Part shown: one piece after another, positions 43,117-55,360 of the stretch | How positions within the stretch are numbered: the first letter of the stretch is position 1 | Layout of the letters: each line of letters opens with the position of its first letter | Source of the DNA: Epithemia pelagica | Lineage: Eukaryota; Protista; Bacillariophyta | DNA length: 64,000 nucleotides | Direction: 5' to 3' | Assembly: GCA_946965045.2 (NCBI GenBank) | Contig: OX337237.1 | Coordinates: 1,612,001-1,676,000 of the forward strand | The notes under the pieces: generated by a model | The model's database searches: none | The model's input: the letters and a program-made list of their open reading frames with translations, nothing else | What the model was told of the DNA's origin: nothing | Program-made: the position numbers and the translations under genes

Positions 43117-43686
43117 TGCACATCTTTTTTTAACCATTAAGTATAGTCTCGATTTCTATGAGTCGGAATGACAATTGAAGATTTTGCATTTCGATCTTCG
43201 ATCATGGAGAATCGCTTTAACTGAGGAACAAAGGAGCGATCCGAAAAATTGAACATGCTCCATCTGATTCTTCATGATCACCTCTCATGAATTCTTGTAA
43301 CTTTAATCATTGTGCGGTTTTCTGGATATTCTAAGAACGAATCTGGTACACTGCCGCCGTACCACTCGAAGACGGCTCTCTACATATGGTATATGCATAT
43401 TCGTTGGATATGCTATTACCTTAGTCCTGAAGGCTTTCAGGTTCAATTAGCGAGTCACCATCACTTACTCCTCTAGAGGAGCTACGAGTACAAACTGTAT
43501 ACTCCTACTCTATGTGATCTGTGTATCGAGTACAATAGGTAGGTAGCCTAGCATCAATTCCTAGCGCTTACTTCAGCACCTCTACTTATGGTATTGTTAA
43601 GGATGGAGGACGACTCTCGTAGAGGAGTGTATGATATTTCTTCTTGTAAGTGATTTTGTGACCATGGCGAGGTGACCGCAATCACC

Positions 43687-45162
43687 ATGACAGCGTGGGA
43701 ACACATACTCTCGAAAAAACAAACGCAGATACAGCGGTCACACAAGTGCACGAAAGATCAGCCACGGCAAAGATATTGATCACGGAAGATGCTTCCTCGC
43801 AGGAAAATGAACCGGAGCTAGAACAGGCCCCTCTCATGGATGAAGATGCAGAAGTTTACGATGTTGTTAATGAATGGGCCCAAGGCACCAGTATTCATGG
43901 GCTGGCCAATGTGATGGATCGTAGCACATTCAAGCGCTGGAGACGGTTGATTTGGCTGAGCTTGGTCTTAACAAGCTTTGCATTCATGGTATGGCAGATT
44001 GGAACGCTTGTCGCCGAATACATAAGCTATGACGTCCAGACAGATATATTCACGGTATACCCTTCTTCCCTTAGCTTTCCGGAAGTGATCGTTTGCAAGG
44101 TGTCAGCGCAAACTGCCCTCAACATCACCGAACCCAAAAATCTGGAGGAACTGCGATTGCTGGCACAACCTCTCAACGATCTTGTTTGGTATACGTTATT
44201 CAATGATCAAAAGTTGGATACTTCGATAGCATGGAAACAGGTTGTTACATCGCTTGGTTTGTGTATCCAGTTCCAAACAGATGAGAAGATCTATGTACCA
44301 GGGATATCCGGAGGTAGGTTCGGTCGTAGCTCTGAATTATGTCGAAGGTCAACGACCGATTGTGACTCACATGGATGACTATCTCTTAGGTCTATACGCT
44401 TGGTTTAATCTTGATCAAGCAAACTATTCACCTCTCCAAGCGGAATCTGGATTTGCCGTCTTTGTAGAACAACCAGGAACCGCTATCAACAACCAAGTTC
44501 CTTTTGTTTTAATAAGGCCAGGGAAAATATCATACGTCAAACTACAAACTGTTGTGTACGAGCGAGAGCGAACAGCGCCATGGAAACGATGTTTCGGTGA
44601 GGCACCACATTATACAAACGCTGCATGTGTGGATGAGTGTGTCAATGAGCTTATTCGGGACACTTGTGGCTGCAAATTCCCACACGACCCTTTGGAACCT
44701 GACATGGACTTTTGCACGTTGGAAGATTGGTCAAAGGCACCCTGCAGTTCTCTGGTGGGTGCAAAGCACAGTAGTACCTATGCACTGTGTGAATGCAGTC
44801 TACCTCCATGTTCTGAGGAACAGTATACGGCTTCTGTTCTTGAAATCGACAATTCCGAATCATTCCTAGCATCGTTTGAGGACCAACACAACTGGACTAC
44901 GGCTGAATTTCTTCGCAATTTTGCTTCAGTACGCATAAACTTTGATTTGATCCAATACGATAAGTTGAAAGAATCGAAGGCTGTCACACCCGCTCAACTT
45001 CTGGGTTCAATTGGAGGTTCGATGGGGTTGTTCTTGGGAATCTCTGTACTGAGTGTTTTCGAGGTCATGGGCGATTTGTTTATGATGAGGCTTATTCCTC
45101 GTCGATTTGGGGCACGAAAGTTGTACGGGATCGGTTCACGAACCATATCTAAAAGCTCATGA
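43687..45162 (+). CDS. DEG/ENaC channel, copy B (tandem paralog)
   Basis: Same motifs as copy A; intron at 44314-44389. ATG 43687 is out of frame unless the A-run at ~43714-43719 lacks a base (next in-frame ATG ~43836). A 15-nt deletion changes CNMNRYNYS to CKVS. Confidence 0.88.
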
Positions 45163-45496
45163 TGTATTTGGTACTAGTCTATGAATCTTGGAGAAACGTA
45201 GCTGCCGAATCATCATTGACATCAAACTTGGTGATTGGATAGGGTGTGACACTTGTAGTTGTCGACCAAAGAATGTATTATTATTTTCTCCCTTACTCTT
45301 TGCTCATAGTATTTTATCGGTGATTGCTTCGTCTGCAAAGAGGAAATGGGAACTCAAAAGAATAAGCGTCCTTCCCGGAATGATGAAAGCTGCCAGTTTT
45401 CGACTGACTTGGACACCTCGGTGAGAGAACGGCTTTAAAGGCGAGTTGGACGCGTGCTGCTCCTAAAGCACTAGTATCGATTTTCGACTCATCTCT

Positions 45497-46231
45497 TTAA
45501 CTGGACTCGGTGAGGAGGGCTTCATAGGCGAGTCTGAGGTGTGCAATTTCGTGTTCCAGCAAATGAATTTCTTCTTTCGTCTCCTTGCGAAGAAGAAATA
45601 CTTCGTCTCTCCAATGATCCCTCTGATCCCGAAGGAAGGCGACCTCGTCTTTCAAGAACTCCGTTGATGTACTTTCGTGGTTTTCATCGTATCCGTCTTC
45701 GATTTCATGAGAGGAAAGGCTGGACTCCGAGATGGACGTGCCTTTCATGTGGGTTTCCAGCGAGAGCTTGGTTTCCAACTCACTACAGATGTGTCCTGGA
45801 TTGCATTTGCAGAGAGTCTTGCTGGACTTGTCGCCGATAGCTGGTGACATAGCATTACCACTGGAATCGGAATCATTCAATTCCCAGTTTGCAATGGTCT
45901 TGAGTTCGTTCGTTACATGTACAGTACTTCCCCGAAACGGACAAGGAGAATGGAGAACACGATAATCTTGTTTCTCTGCTTTGAGGGAACGCCGAATGCA
46001 GCGGGGTTTCATCGAACGCTTTGGTAGGGGAATCGTGTTGACGTTTTGGTTTGGTTTGTTGCCACCAGGCTTCATGTATGATGGCTTGTTGTTTCCCTGG
46101 GAGGCTAAAACGTCAAAAGACGACGAAACATCACGCCAGTCATTATCGGAAGAGGTTTCTTGGTCGTCGTCATTCCGAGTTTCTTCGTCACCACCGTCAT
46201 ATCCATCAATCTGCCGCATGGTGTCCAGCAT
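45497..46231 (-). CDS. Hypothetical protein with C-terminal coiled coil (244 aa)
   Basis: Open ATG-TAA frame ending in a heptad-like FLKDEVAFLRDQRDHWRDEVFLLRKE...LEHEIAHLRLAYEAL. No family recognised. Confidence 0.55.
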   Translation of the reverse strand: MLDTMRQIDGYDGGDEETRNDDDQETSSDNDWRDVSSSFDVLASQGNNKPSYMKPGGNKPNQNVNTIPLPKRSMKPRCIRRSLKAEKQDYRVLHSPCPFRGSTVHVTNELKTIANWELNDSDSSGNAMSPAIGDKSSKTLCKCNPGHICSELETKLSLETHMKGTSISESSLSSHEIEDGYDENHESTSTEFLKDEVAFLRDQRDHWRDEVFLLRKETKEEIHLLEHEIAHLRLAYEALLTESS

Positions 46232-46617
46232 GCTTTATTGTTGTTGCCTTCGTTGGTTCACAGGAGAAGAGGGAGCAGACGATAGACCAAAGGCATACAA
46301 TCACAGAGAAAATGAATGTGGGATTTGAAACAATGCGTCAAACATTCCTTTGTAGGTAATCGCATCTACTTTTGCAGCGTGACAAATTCTTTCCAAATTC
46401 TGTCCCGCCGGCGCGGGATCAAACAGGAAGCGCGAGGTTGGATCGGGTATGCGCGGAACCCTTTGGGAGAATGGATCCCAACAGACATCCATAAGCTATT
46501 CCAATCATCATAATTGTTTTCTTTTGGCGGGGAAGATTCAGAGAGTCCAATGTCAAAGAAACACGCACATGCATTCACTCATGCATGCATCTTATACGGT
46601 ATCGTGCATGGTTTTGA

Positions 46618-47585
46618 CTACTCGTGCTTTGTGGCTGCCTGGTTCGACGGTTCCGCAAGATGACGAAATTCCTCCAGACTATTGCGCGCGCAATTGGTAA
46701 TGTAGGCAAATCGCCTGGGGCCCAACAAAATACCTCCAAACCATCGAGAGACGACCACCAATACTTGGTTTTCATTGCGCATTTCCAGCAAATGCGAAAG
46801 ATGCTTCCCCGCTCCATGTTCTCCGTCTTCGTCATTGTCTGATTTCCACACACCATTGACTTCCTGGACTCGATAAGCAGACTGAGTCAAAAGAAATTAA
46901 TGGCGTGAGTGTCGTGAACTCATTACAAGAACGTGAAAAAGATATATCATTGCCAATGACACGTTCGACGCATCATATTATGAGAGGCGCGTTGAAGTTT
47001 CGAATTGTTGCCAATCAACTGATCCAACGCTAACGGAACTTGAGATGCACTGTGGATGCGACAGACGTGACCCACAAAGGAAGATTTTTGAACCACCATT
47101 GGTTCTCCGGAATACCATTGAAAGTGTTGACGTCTGGTTGGTTCCTCCACTGGCTGCACACTGTCCAGTGGCAGCAACGATGAGTCCGTTGGTTCCGTTT
47201 CATGGTTTTGCCAAACCTCCAGGGCCGCGGCAGTACAAGGTAAGCATCCTTCCACACCGTCGTCCAAACATTCTTGAGCCGCCGCTCGCAATGCTGTTAG
47301 GGTAGCCTCCATTCGTGCCTTGTCCCCTGGACTGCATCGATACGAAGCTATCTGGATATTGGTCAAGGTGGGATAGTGTTCGTTCCATAAAATTTGCAAT
47401 TGACACTTGGCAGTGGTAGAAAGCTGCAGTGTAAACTTGAGCACTGCCAAATCCATGACATTCGCCTCTTCTTCATCCTCTCGAACCACTTCGTCTGGAT
47501 AGGCTGCGCAGAGCATTTCGACATCGGCCATGGAGCGTTCCCGAGACGATTCGACGTCGTTGTCGTCGTCGTCATGGAGCTCCAT
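46618..47585 (-). CDS. IMPACT: IMPACT family protein (RWD + UPF0029)
   Basis: RWD-like EMLCAAYP. UPF0029 KSSFVGH, RASHNM|SAYRV, DEDGEHGAG..L..LL, VLVVVSRWFGGILLGPRRF. The required intron 46882-46973 begins AT instead of GT. Confidence 0.85.
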
Positions 47586-48028
47586 TTCTTTCGCGAATAT
47601 CTATCTCACTTGTAGAAAGATTGTTTCTCATATGGATTCATCACATAGGAGTAATATGGCTTTGCGTTTCCTTTTGTTACCACCACATCATGATTTGGAG
47701 TGAATCTGTTATTGGAGACGGGTCGTCATTGTCCCTCGGCGTTGTAAAAATCTGGAAGGGATAGAAAAAAGTACTCTATAGTCTATAGTCCTACTCTTTT
47801 TGTTGAGGTATCTAGCGCAAAAAAGTTGGGCCAATCAACATGGTCATTGTGAAGAGTCATTGATTCCGAGTGGGGGCAAGAAACGAACACAAGATCAAAA
47901 ATTATACGCGACAAGTGACAAGTCTTTTTCTGTGTGGTATTGTTTCTGTTGCAACAATCGAGGCGTCGTAGTGAACCAGAAACGGTAATTTGTTTGGTGT
48001 ATTGTCAGAGTCAAGGGATACAATCATC

Positions 48029-49210
48029 ATGCCAGAAGCGTCGCAAAAGAAAAAGAGCCGTCCGAAGCGCAATGAAGCCTTGATTCCAGCTTGGTGGATG
48101 GAAGTGACCCCGCATCACACGCTCGATTTGGATGATGAAAAGGCCCGACGAGACATGGAAGAACGAATGGCCATGTATTATGCCAACCTCGCCGAGGAAG
48201 AGGCGGCCAAGGGAATGATGTTTGATATTGACGGCAACCCTATTGAAGACAATGGAGGCTCTGGTGGAGGAAGTAGTGGCGACTGGAAGTCCAATTGGAC
48301 CGGACGCAAAAAGAAGGACGACAGCGGCGCCGAAGCTCCAGCAGAAAAGCCCAAAATGTTTGGTGGTCGCAATTTCAAGCCCGGAAGTCCTGGTTGGGAT
48401 CCTAAACAGTGGGGTATTGATGCCAACGATCTGGATTACGACAAGTATTTGAGTGGTTCCATGTTGCCACCGCAATTCATTACGGCCATGAACAACTTTG
48501 CCAAGGCCACGGGACACTTCAAGTCACACAGTGACTATACGTCCAATTTGCGATCGACCGAAGGGACCTATGGTCGTTTGGCGGAGAAGCAAACTCATGT
48601 ACCGGATTGGATGAAGAAAAAATTACGGTCGACTTCACAGGGTGCATCGATTCGTCATGGGATATACGACGATAGTCCCAATCGACATTGGAAAGGTCGT
48701 GATGCTGCTGCCGAAGGAGGTACCATTATGGAGGAGGGCGAGGAACCGGAAAAGGAGTCTTCTCAGCCACAAGAACAAGCGCCCACACCTCGACAACAAG
48801 ACAATCATGTGTCAAAACCAACTCCCAAACCTTTTACACACAAGTAAGTATATTATGGCGGATCGGTACCTGATTTGGGCCTTTCTTCTTTTTCTTTGCC
48901 CGTGTGACTGACAGTTGCTTTCATCGCACCTTATAGGGACTATTACTACAATTCTACCACACCCAATGCGGGGACGCAAGCGGCCACACAACAACAAGAA
49001 GCCTTTGTCGATCCAGATGCTGCCGAATATGAAGAGGATGAAACAGAGTACATAGAAGAAGTCGAAGAAGTAGTAGAATACGAGGAAGAAGTCGTGGAAT
49101 ATGAAGAGGAAGGAGAGAACCCCGCTGCCGAAGGCGGTGGTGAATTGGAAGATCTCCAAGCCAAATTGGCGTCGAAAATGGCCGAACTCAAGAGACTGCA
49201 GGCAATGTGA
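48029..49210 (+). CDS. Hypothetical protein with PDWM..KLRST..G motif and acidic/coiled-coil tail
   Basis: Exon 1 48029-48843, GT-AG intron 48844-48936, exon 2 to TGA at 49208-49210 (EEVVEYEEE...LEDLQAKLASKMAELKRLQAM). Confidence 0.75.
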
Positions 49211-49544
49211 GAACAGAAGCCCTTTAACACTATTAGCTTTGGGAAACCCAATGGGTTTGACCAAAGAAATGACTGTTTGAAGACCTAGATGAATAGTTCT
49301 TGATATATATTTTGTTCATGTCCTATCTATTGTTCATAGTGTTGATTGCCATGTTGTACGAAAGTTGATGGTACACATGAGACATATCTGGTTATCTACC
49401 CATACTCTTCTACAGTTCAGAATACACACAAATCCCTTTTTAACAAAAGCACTAATTAATCAGATTGGTAACTCTACCGAACAAATCCCCTCTTCCCAAA
49501 TCATTTTGATGCCCCAATGCCCCTTTGACTCGTCCCAAAGTCTG

Positions 49545-50761
49545 CTACATGAACACGGCCGCAGCCATATTCACGTCCTTCAGCTCTTCTTTGGTGTTAC
49601 GTTCAGTGTCCTTGGCAGCCTTCTCCCGTTGATGCTGATCCTTACGGACCGTCATAAGCACATCTTCCGTCGCATCATCAAAGTTCTTGAGATTATCACG
49701 CGTCTCACGTCGGGCTGCCTTGTCGTCCAAATCATTTTGAAACTGCTCACGACGAATCTCTGTTTCGAAGACAGGGACGGCCATGTTGACATCTTTGAGG
49801 TTCGCGCGAGTCTCTCGGCCTTCTTGCTTCCATGCCTGTTCACGTTGCCATTGTTCGCTGCGGATAGTGCTCTCGAACGACGGAACAGCCATATTGACGT
49901 CCTTGAAATTTGCTCGTGTATCTCGTCCTTCTTGTTTCCATGCTTGTTCTTGTTGAAACTGTCCTTTGCGAACTTCCCCCTCAACGGTTTCAGTGATAAG
50001 AACGTCTTTAAGTTCGGCTTTGGTCTGACGTTCTCGAGCCTTGGCCTCCTGTTCACGTTGCCATTGTTCATTCAGAATACTATTTTCAAACGAAGGGGCA
50101 GCCATATTGACGTCCTTGAAGGTAGCTCGAGTATCCCGACCTTCTTGCTTCCAAGCTTGTTGGCCTCCTGTTCACGTTGCCATTGTTCATTCAGAATATT
50201 ATTCTCAAAGGTCGGCGTAGCCATATTGACGTCCTTAAAGGTAGCTCGAGTATCTCGGCCTTCTTGCTTCCAAGCTTGCTCTTGCTGAAACTGTTCTTTG
50301 CGGACCTCCGTTTCAAGAGTATCTGTAATAGAAACGTCCTTGAATTTGGCGCGTGTTTCGCGTCCCTCTTGCTTCCACGCCAATTCTTTCTGGAACTGCT
50401 CTTTGCGAACTTCGCCCTCGACAGTGTCCGTGATTACGACATCCTTGAGTTGAGCTCGTGTCTCTCGTTCCCTGGCCTTGGCTTCTTGTTCACGTTGAAA
50501 CTGTTCCTTACGAACTCTGTTTTCCACATCGTCTCCGCCTTTTCCTTTGAACCGGTACATCATGGCTCTGTCGGCTGCTTCTTTTTCACGTCGTTCCTTT
50601 TCCCGTTTCTTTTGCTGCATAGCAAAGTCCATTGGCGACACTCCCGTAAACGCATGTTCACTCCATTTCTTTGGTTCCCATTTGTGACGGTTTTCTTCTG
50701 GTGCCGAGTAGTTGAACTTGGAGTCCTGCTGGGCTCTTTCTTCCGCTGTCTTGTCCTCCAT
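49545..50761 (-). pseudogene. 35-36 aa repeat protein, copy 1, frameshifted by an out-of-register repeat junction
   Basis: ATG at 50761 (MEDKTAEERAQQDSKF). Units VRKEQF..E.AWKQEGR.TRA.(L/F)KDV. The frame breaks at ~50163 where a partial unit is duplicated; the 3' part is ORF 49545-50105. Confidence 0.7.
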
Positions 50762-51141
50762 GGTGATGTTAGGCGAAGCAAACCAACAGATGTTGTGATG
50801 ATGACCCTGACAGAGTCCTTTCTGTTTTATCAAGATTTGTTGGGAGTCCCGACTGCCACGAACTTTGGGGTTGTGAATTGGTTTCTCGTTCTGGGTTTTT
50901 GGTTATCGCCCCCAAACCCCCAACTACAAACGACGCAAATCCCAACCGCTTTCATGTGCTAAGCAGTTAACAGTCGCTGATACCCAACCAAGATTCATCG
51001 ACTTCCAGAATGTCCAAGGGAAATTACTTGTCGCATTCAGTCACATATGAGTCGCGTTACATGTCATAGCGTTCCATTACAAGTAGATTCGAGCGAGACC
51101 ATGACATGACCCTGAACCGTTGCTCCTAATGTACTACATTC

Positions 51142-54100
51142 ATGTCGCCATCTAGTCGTTCCTTTCCTTTTGAATATGTTGTCGTGACGCTTCCTGACGA
51201 AAAGGCTGCAAGATCAGCTTCCAAAGGACCTTTGGCGAAGTTGCGACAACAGTATCCTTCAACGACAATCATTGCTTCCTGTGATCCGTTTCAATGTCGT
51301 GTGGGAAGTGGAGGTGGGACATTAAATGCTTTGGAAGAAGTTCTCTTCCTCGAAGGCAAAGACCAAGATGAAGTATCCGCGTCTAGTATTTTAATTCTTC
51401 ATGCCGGTATGTGGCTGCAGTCCATGAGAAACACTTTCTGAGACATGAATATGCGTTTCTGACGACTCATGTTTTGCTTCTCCCATCTCACGGACTTGAA
51501 CAGGTGGTGCGAGTAGCCGGTGTCCCAGTCAGATGGTCTTGGGCAAAGCATGGACTTCAATACCATGTTCCAAACCTACACAATCCTTGCAGAATCCCTT
51601 GCTCCTCTGGTTCCGTCTCCTCGAAAATATCTTTCAGAATTTGATTCCAGGCTCCATTGTCGTCATAGCAAGTGATACAATCCTGGACATTCCATCAAGT
51701 TGTGATGATATCGACAACCAACCTACTTTTGTTGATTGGAAATCTGCTTCTCAGTCTTCGGTGGTAGCCCTTGCAGTGCCAGCGACATTGGAGGTGGCTA
51801 AGAACCATGGAGTATTTGTCCCTGGAAACAGCATAGACATACTTTCAAAGAAGAGAGCACTTTCGCCTTGTCTGGAGATTTACCAGAAAGCACCATTGAA
51901 CGTTCTGAAAGATAACTGTTCCTTTGAGATGTACCACCTTGGAGAGGTAGGAACAGTGGCATGGATTGATACGGGGGTCATTTGTTTTCTCCCCATGGCG
52001 GCTCAATCGCTCAGGAACATGTTGTTGGACAAATCTGCATGTGAAACTCTTCGCTGCACGAAGCGGGGTTTGCTTAACCGTTGCGAGGACCAAACAGATT
52101 CCAAAATCTCCACTGGGCTGAAACTGTCAAATGGATCTGCTCTCTCTATTGATCTGTACACCCACTTCCTCAATGCCTTGCGTCAATCTTCGTCGACTTT
52201 GTCATCCGCCATGGATTTTCAATCTTACTATTCAAAGTACAAAAACGAACTTCCTCATGATGTTGTATCCCTTATCTTTCAAGCGTTGTCTCAAATGGAG
52301 TTAATTGTCTGGACGGAGCCCCTGGGTGCTTTCCTGCATTTGGGGACCACAAGGGAACTTGTGCAATTCTTGACCACTGAATGCTATCAACAAGACGAGG
52401 TAGCTTCAGGGCAACGAGCGACATTGACCAGTGCGGCAGATCAACTGCGTGCCAACATGGCTTCGCGTTTGGGACTTTGTCCCCATCTGAAGTCTGTCCT
52501 ACTAAATGTCGTTTCTCTCAATGGAAATGAGGAAGAAACTATCGCGTGTCAACCTCCTCCATCTTGTGTAGTTTGCGAATCTTTCTTTGTGGCTAAGAAT
52601 GGTTTGAATATTGGAAAAGGAGCAGTTATTGAACATTCCGTTCTGTTTGAACATGGTGGATCCATATCCATCGGCGACGAATGCCTGGTCTCGGGTCTAC
52701 GATCGAGGAATGGGCAAATATGTAATGGAATTTCGATTCCGTCAAAGATAATGATTCAAGAAGTTTCCCTCGCTTCAGGAGACCACGTGTTTATGGTTCT
52801 TGGAATTGACGATGGTATAAAGACAGCCGATACCATTTATGGCCGACCTCTGAGGGAGTTTTTGAGGTGGGGAGGTTTGCAAGCTTCAAATCTTTGGCCA
52901 GATCCATGCAAGCACCAACTGTGGGAAGCGAAGATACACCCAATCTATACGGCGAGCGGCGGTGATGATACTTTCATGAGCTACTTCGGTTGGTTAGATT
53001 CTTTCCGCCAGGGTGGGACCAACAGTCATCCCTCGTTCCATCGGTGGAAGAGCTCTCAGAGATTGTCCCTTGCAGATATTCGGGAAATCGCCCATGCTCC
53101 GACAGAATTCGATTTCCGGAATCGTCTTAAATCATGTCTGGATCGCGTTTCTGGTAACGAGATCAACACACTGGACCTTTCGTTTGGCCTGGAATTCCAA
53201 CAAGAAGAAACATTTTTATTTCATCTTCGCCGCGTCATGTTGTTGCGACAGAACGAACCTGTTGATTTTTCCCGCCTCTTGCGTCCCATCCACGGTAACG
53301 TTGACTTCCGGTTGTGTATTGATGCATTACGTTGTGTCGATCAAGTTATTGTCGATGCTTTTCAAGTGGGGAAACACGACATTTGTGGTAGGGGTTTCCA
53401 GCTTCAGCAAGCATTGATGGAAGATCTCGCTGTAGCACCATGGATAAAACCATCAGACCTCGCCAACCGTGAGAAAGCTTTAGTCGAATTGCTTTCAAAG
53501 GTGACGGGAACTGCCCCATCCCAGGACCAAGACAGTCGCCAACTAATCCAACAATGGTCAGAGGGTTTAGTCAAAATGATGGATGTGGCGGCCTTTAACG
53601 TGGAGCACATCTGGGACCAGTTCGCCGATACTCGGGATGCCGTTTTGAAGACCAACCCGAACCTCTTGCAACCAGGTTTGATCAATACCGCTGGTCATTT
53701 CGCACGCATCATGACGAGAATGTGTGTAGCAGGAGATGTTACAAAATCGTCTTTGATTGGTACAAACTTTGATCCCGAGCACCTAGTTCTCAATCGTTGG
53801 ATGTCATCTACAGCACCAGCAAGAATCGATTTAGCCGGAGGCTGGTCGGATACACCTCCCATTTGCATCGAATTTGGAAGTTCGGTGACAGGGTTGGCAG
53901 TTTCGTTAGACGGCAAGAGACCTCTCGCATGTCGATCTAGACTATTACAGAGCTCGACTGGTGTCCTTCTGAAATCCGAGCATCGAAATCTGAGTGGAAA
54001 GCTATTATCTCAAGAACAAGTTGATCTTTTGTCTGTCGATGAGGTGAAAGGGTACAATATTCCCTCTGCTACTTGCTCCCTCCTGAAGTGCTGCTTGGTT

Positions 54101-55027
54101 GTCCTGGGACTTGTAACCGCAGCTGAAATCGATGGATGCGCTGCTGGTGAAATCTCTCTAAGTCCCTTAATTGCTAGTCGTTGTTGTTTCGATGAACCTC
54201 TTTCTCTGCAGGTCATTGTTACATCGATGCTACCTCATGGATCTGGAATGGGAAGCAGCTCCATTCTTGCAGGCTGCATACTTTCTTCAATAACCTCGTG
54301 CCTTGGAATTAAGATTGAGCACACTGAACTATTTCAGTATGTCATTGCTGTCGAACAACAGTTAACGACTGGTGGAGGATTTCAAGACCAAGTCAATGGA
54401 CTCGTCGGTGGGGCCAAGATAGTGTCTTGTGAGCCTCTCCAGTTTCCCCTCTCTCTTTCCATCGAGCCAATTGAACTTGAAACTAGTTTTCAAAAACAAC
54501 TTGACAAAAACCTGATTCTGGTGTTCACTGGTCAAACGAGATTGGCCAAAAATATATTGCAGCAATGTTTGCGTCGATGGGCAAGTCGAAGTTCTGAGAT
54601 TGTTGAGAACGTTCAACATCTCGTTGAGAATGCTCATAGAGCTAGGGAATGCTTACTCGCTTCATCTTTGCCTAAACTTGGACGTGTCTTGTCGCTCTAC
54701 TGGGAGCAAAAGAAGATTATGGCCGGCGATGAGAGCGGTGTTGAGCCAGCTGTTGTATCGCAGATCTGCAGAGAATTAATAGAAAGTGGTGTGGCGCTCG
54801 GTGGAAGTTTATGTGGAGCCGGAGGAGGAGGATTTCTTGTACTCCTGAAGTCTGAAGAGGCCGATCTCGAAGATGTTTTGAGCGCAATCCACAAAACTTC
54901 GCGAGAGAATTGCGCCATTAGCACCCATACGTGTGCCGTATCCAATGACGGAATAGCTGTTGTGGCTCTACCAGAAATGGCCGAGGCCGATGTGAACTAC
55001 TTTGATTCATCCTGGTTAGATGCATAA
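51142..55027 (+). CDS. FUK: L-fucose kinase (FUK/FKGP-like; N-terminal nucleotidyltransferase-like region plus GHMP kinase)
   Basis: RVGSGGGTLNAL; ILHAG|GASSRCP across GT-AG intron 51407-51503; KNHGVF; APARIDLAGGWSDTPP; LPHGSGMGSSSILA; EQQLTTGGGFQDQ; CGAGGGGF. Confidence 0.93.
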
Positions 55028-55360
55028 GTCCCTCACTCATACCTGGAATTTTCGCCGGTGGTCGATTTTCGACAACGACATGTCGCATTTGTGACGAGAA
55101 CGCGTCGCAAATGGGATATTTGAGTGTAGCTGTAGCTGGAGATAATTGTGAATAGAGGATTGGCACCTAGAGTTCAGATTTCTACTGCGTTTTGAACACC
55201 ATATCGCTACGGTTGCCAGTCAATCCGCTGGCTTGTACTTATGTGTCCAGGATCGCACCTAAGAAACATTCGACAGATCTAGGGAAAGAATCGAACGAGG
55301 ATCCTCTTCTTGACATGACATGCTATTCAAAATTGATGTTGAAACTGCGAAAACTATTCC

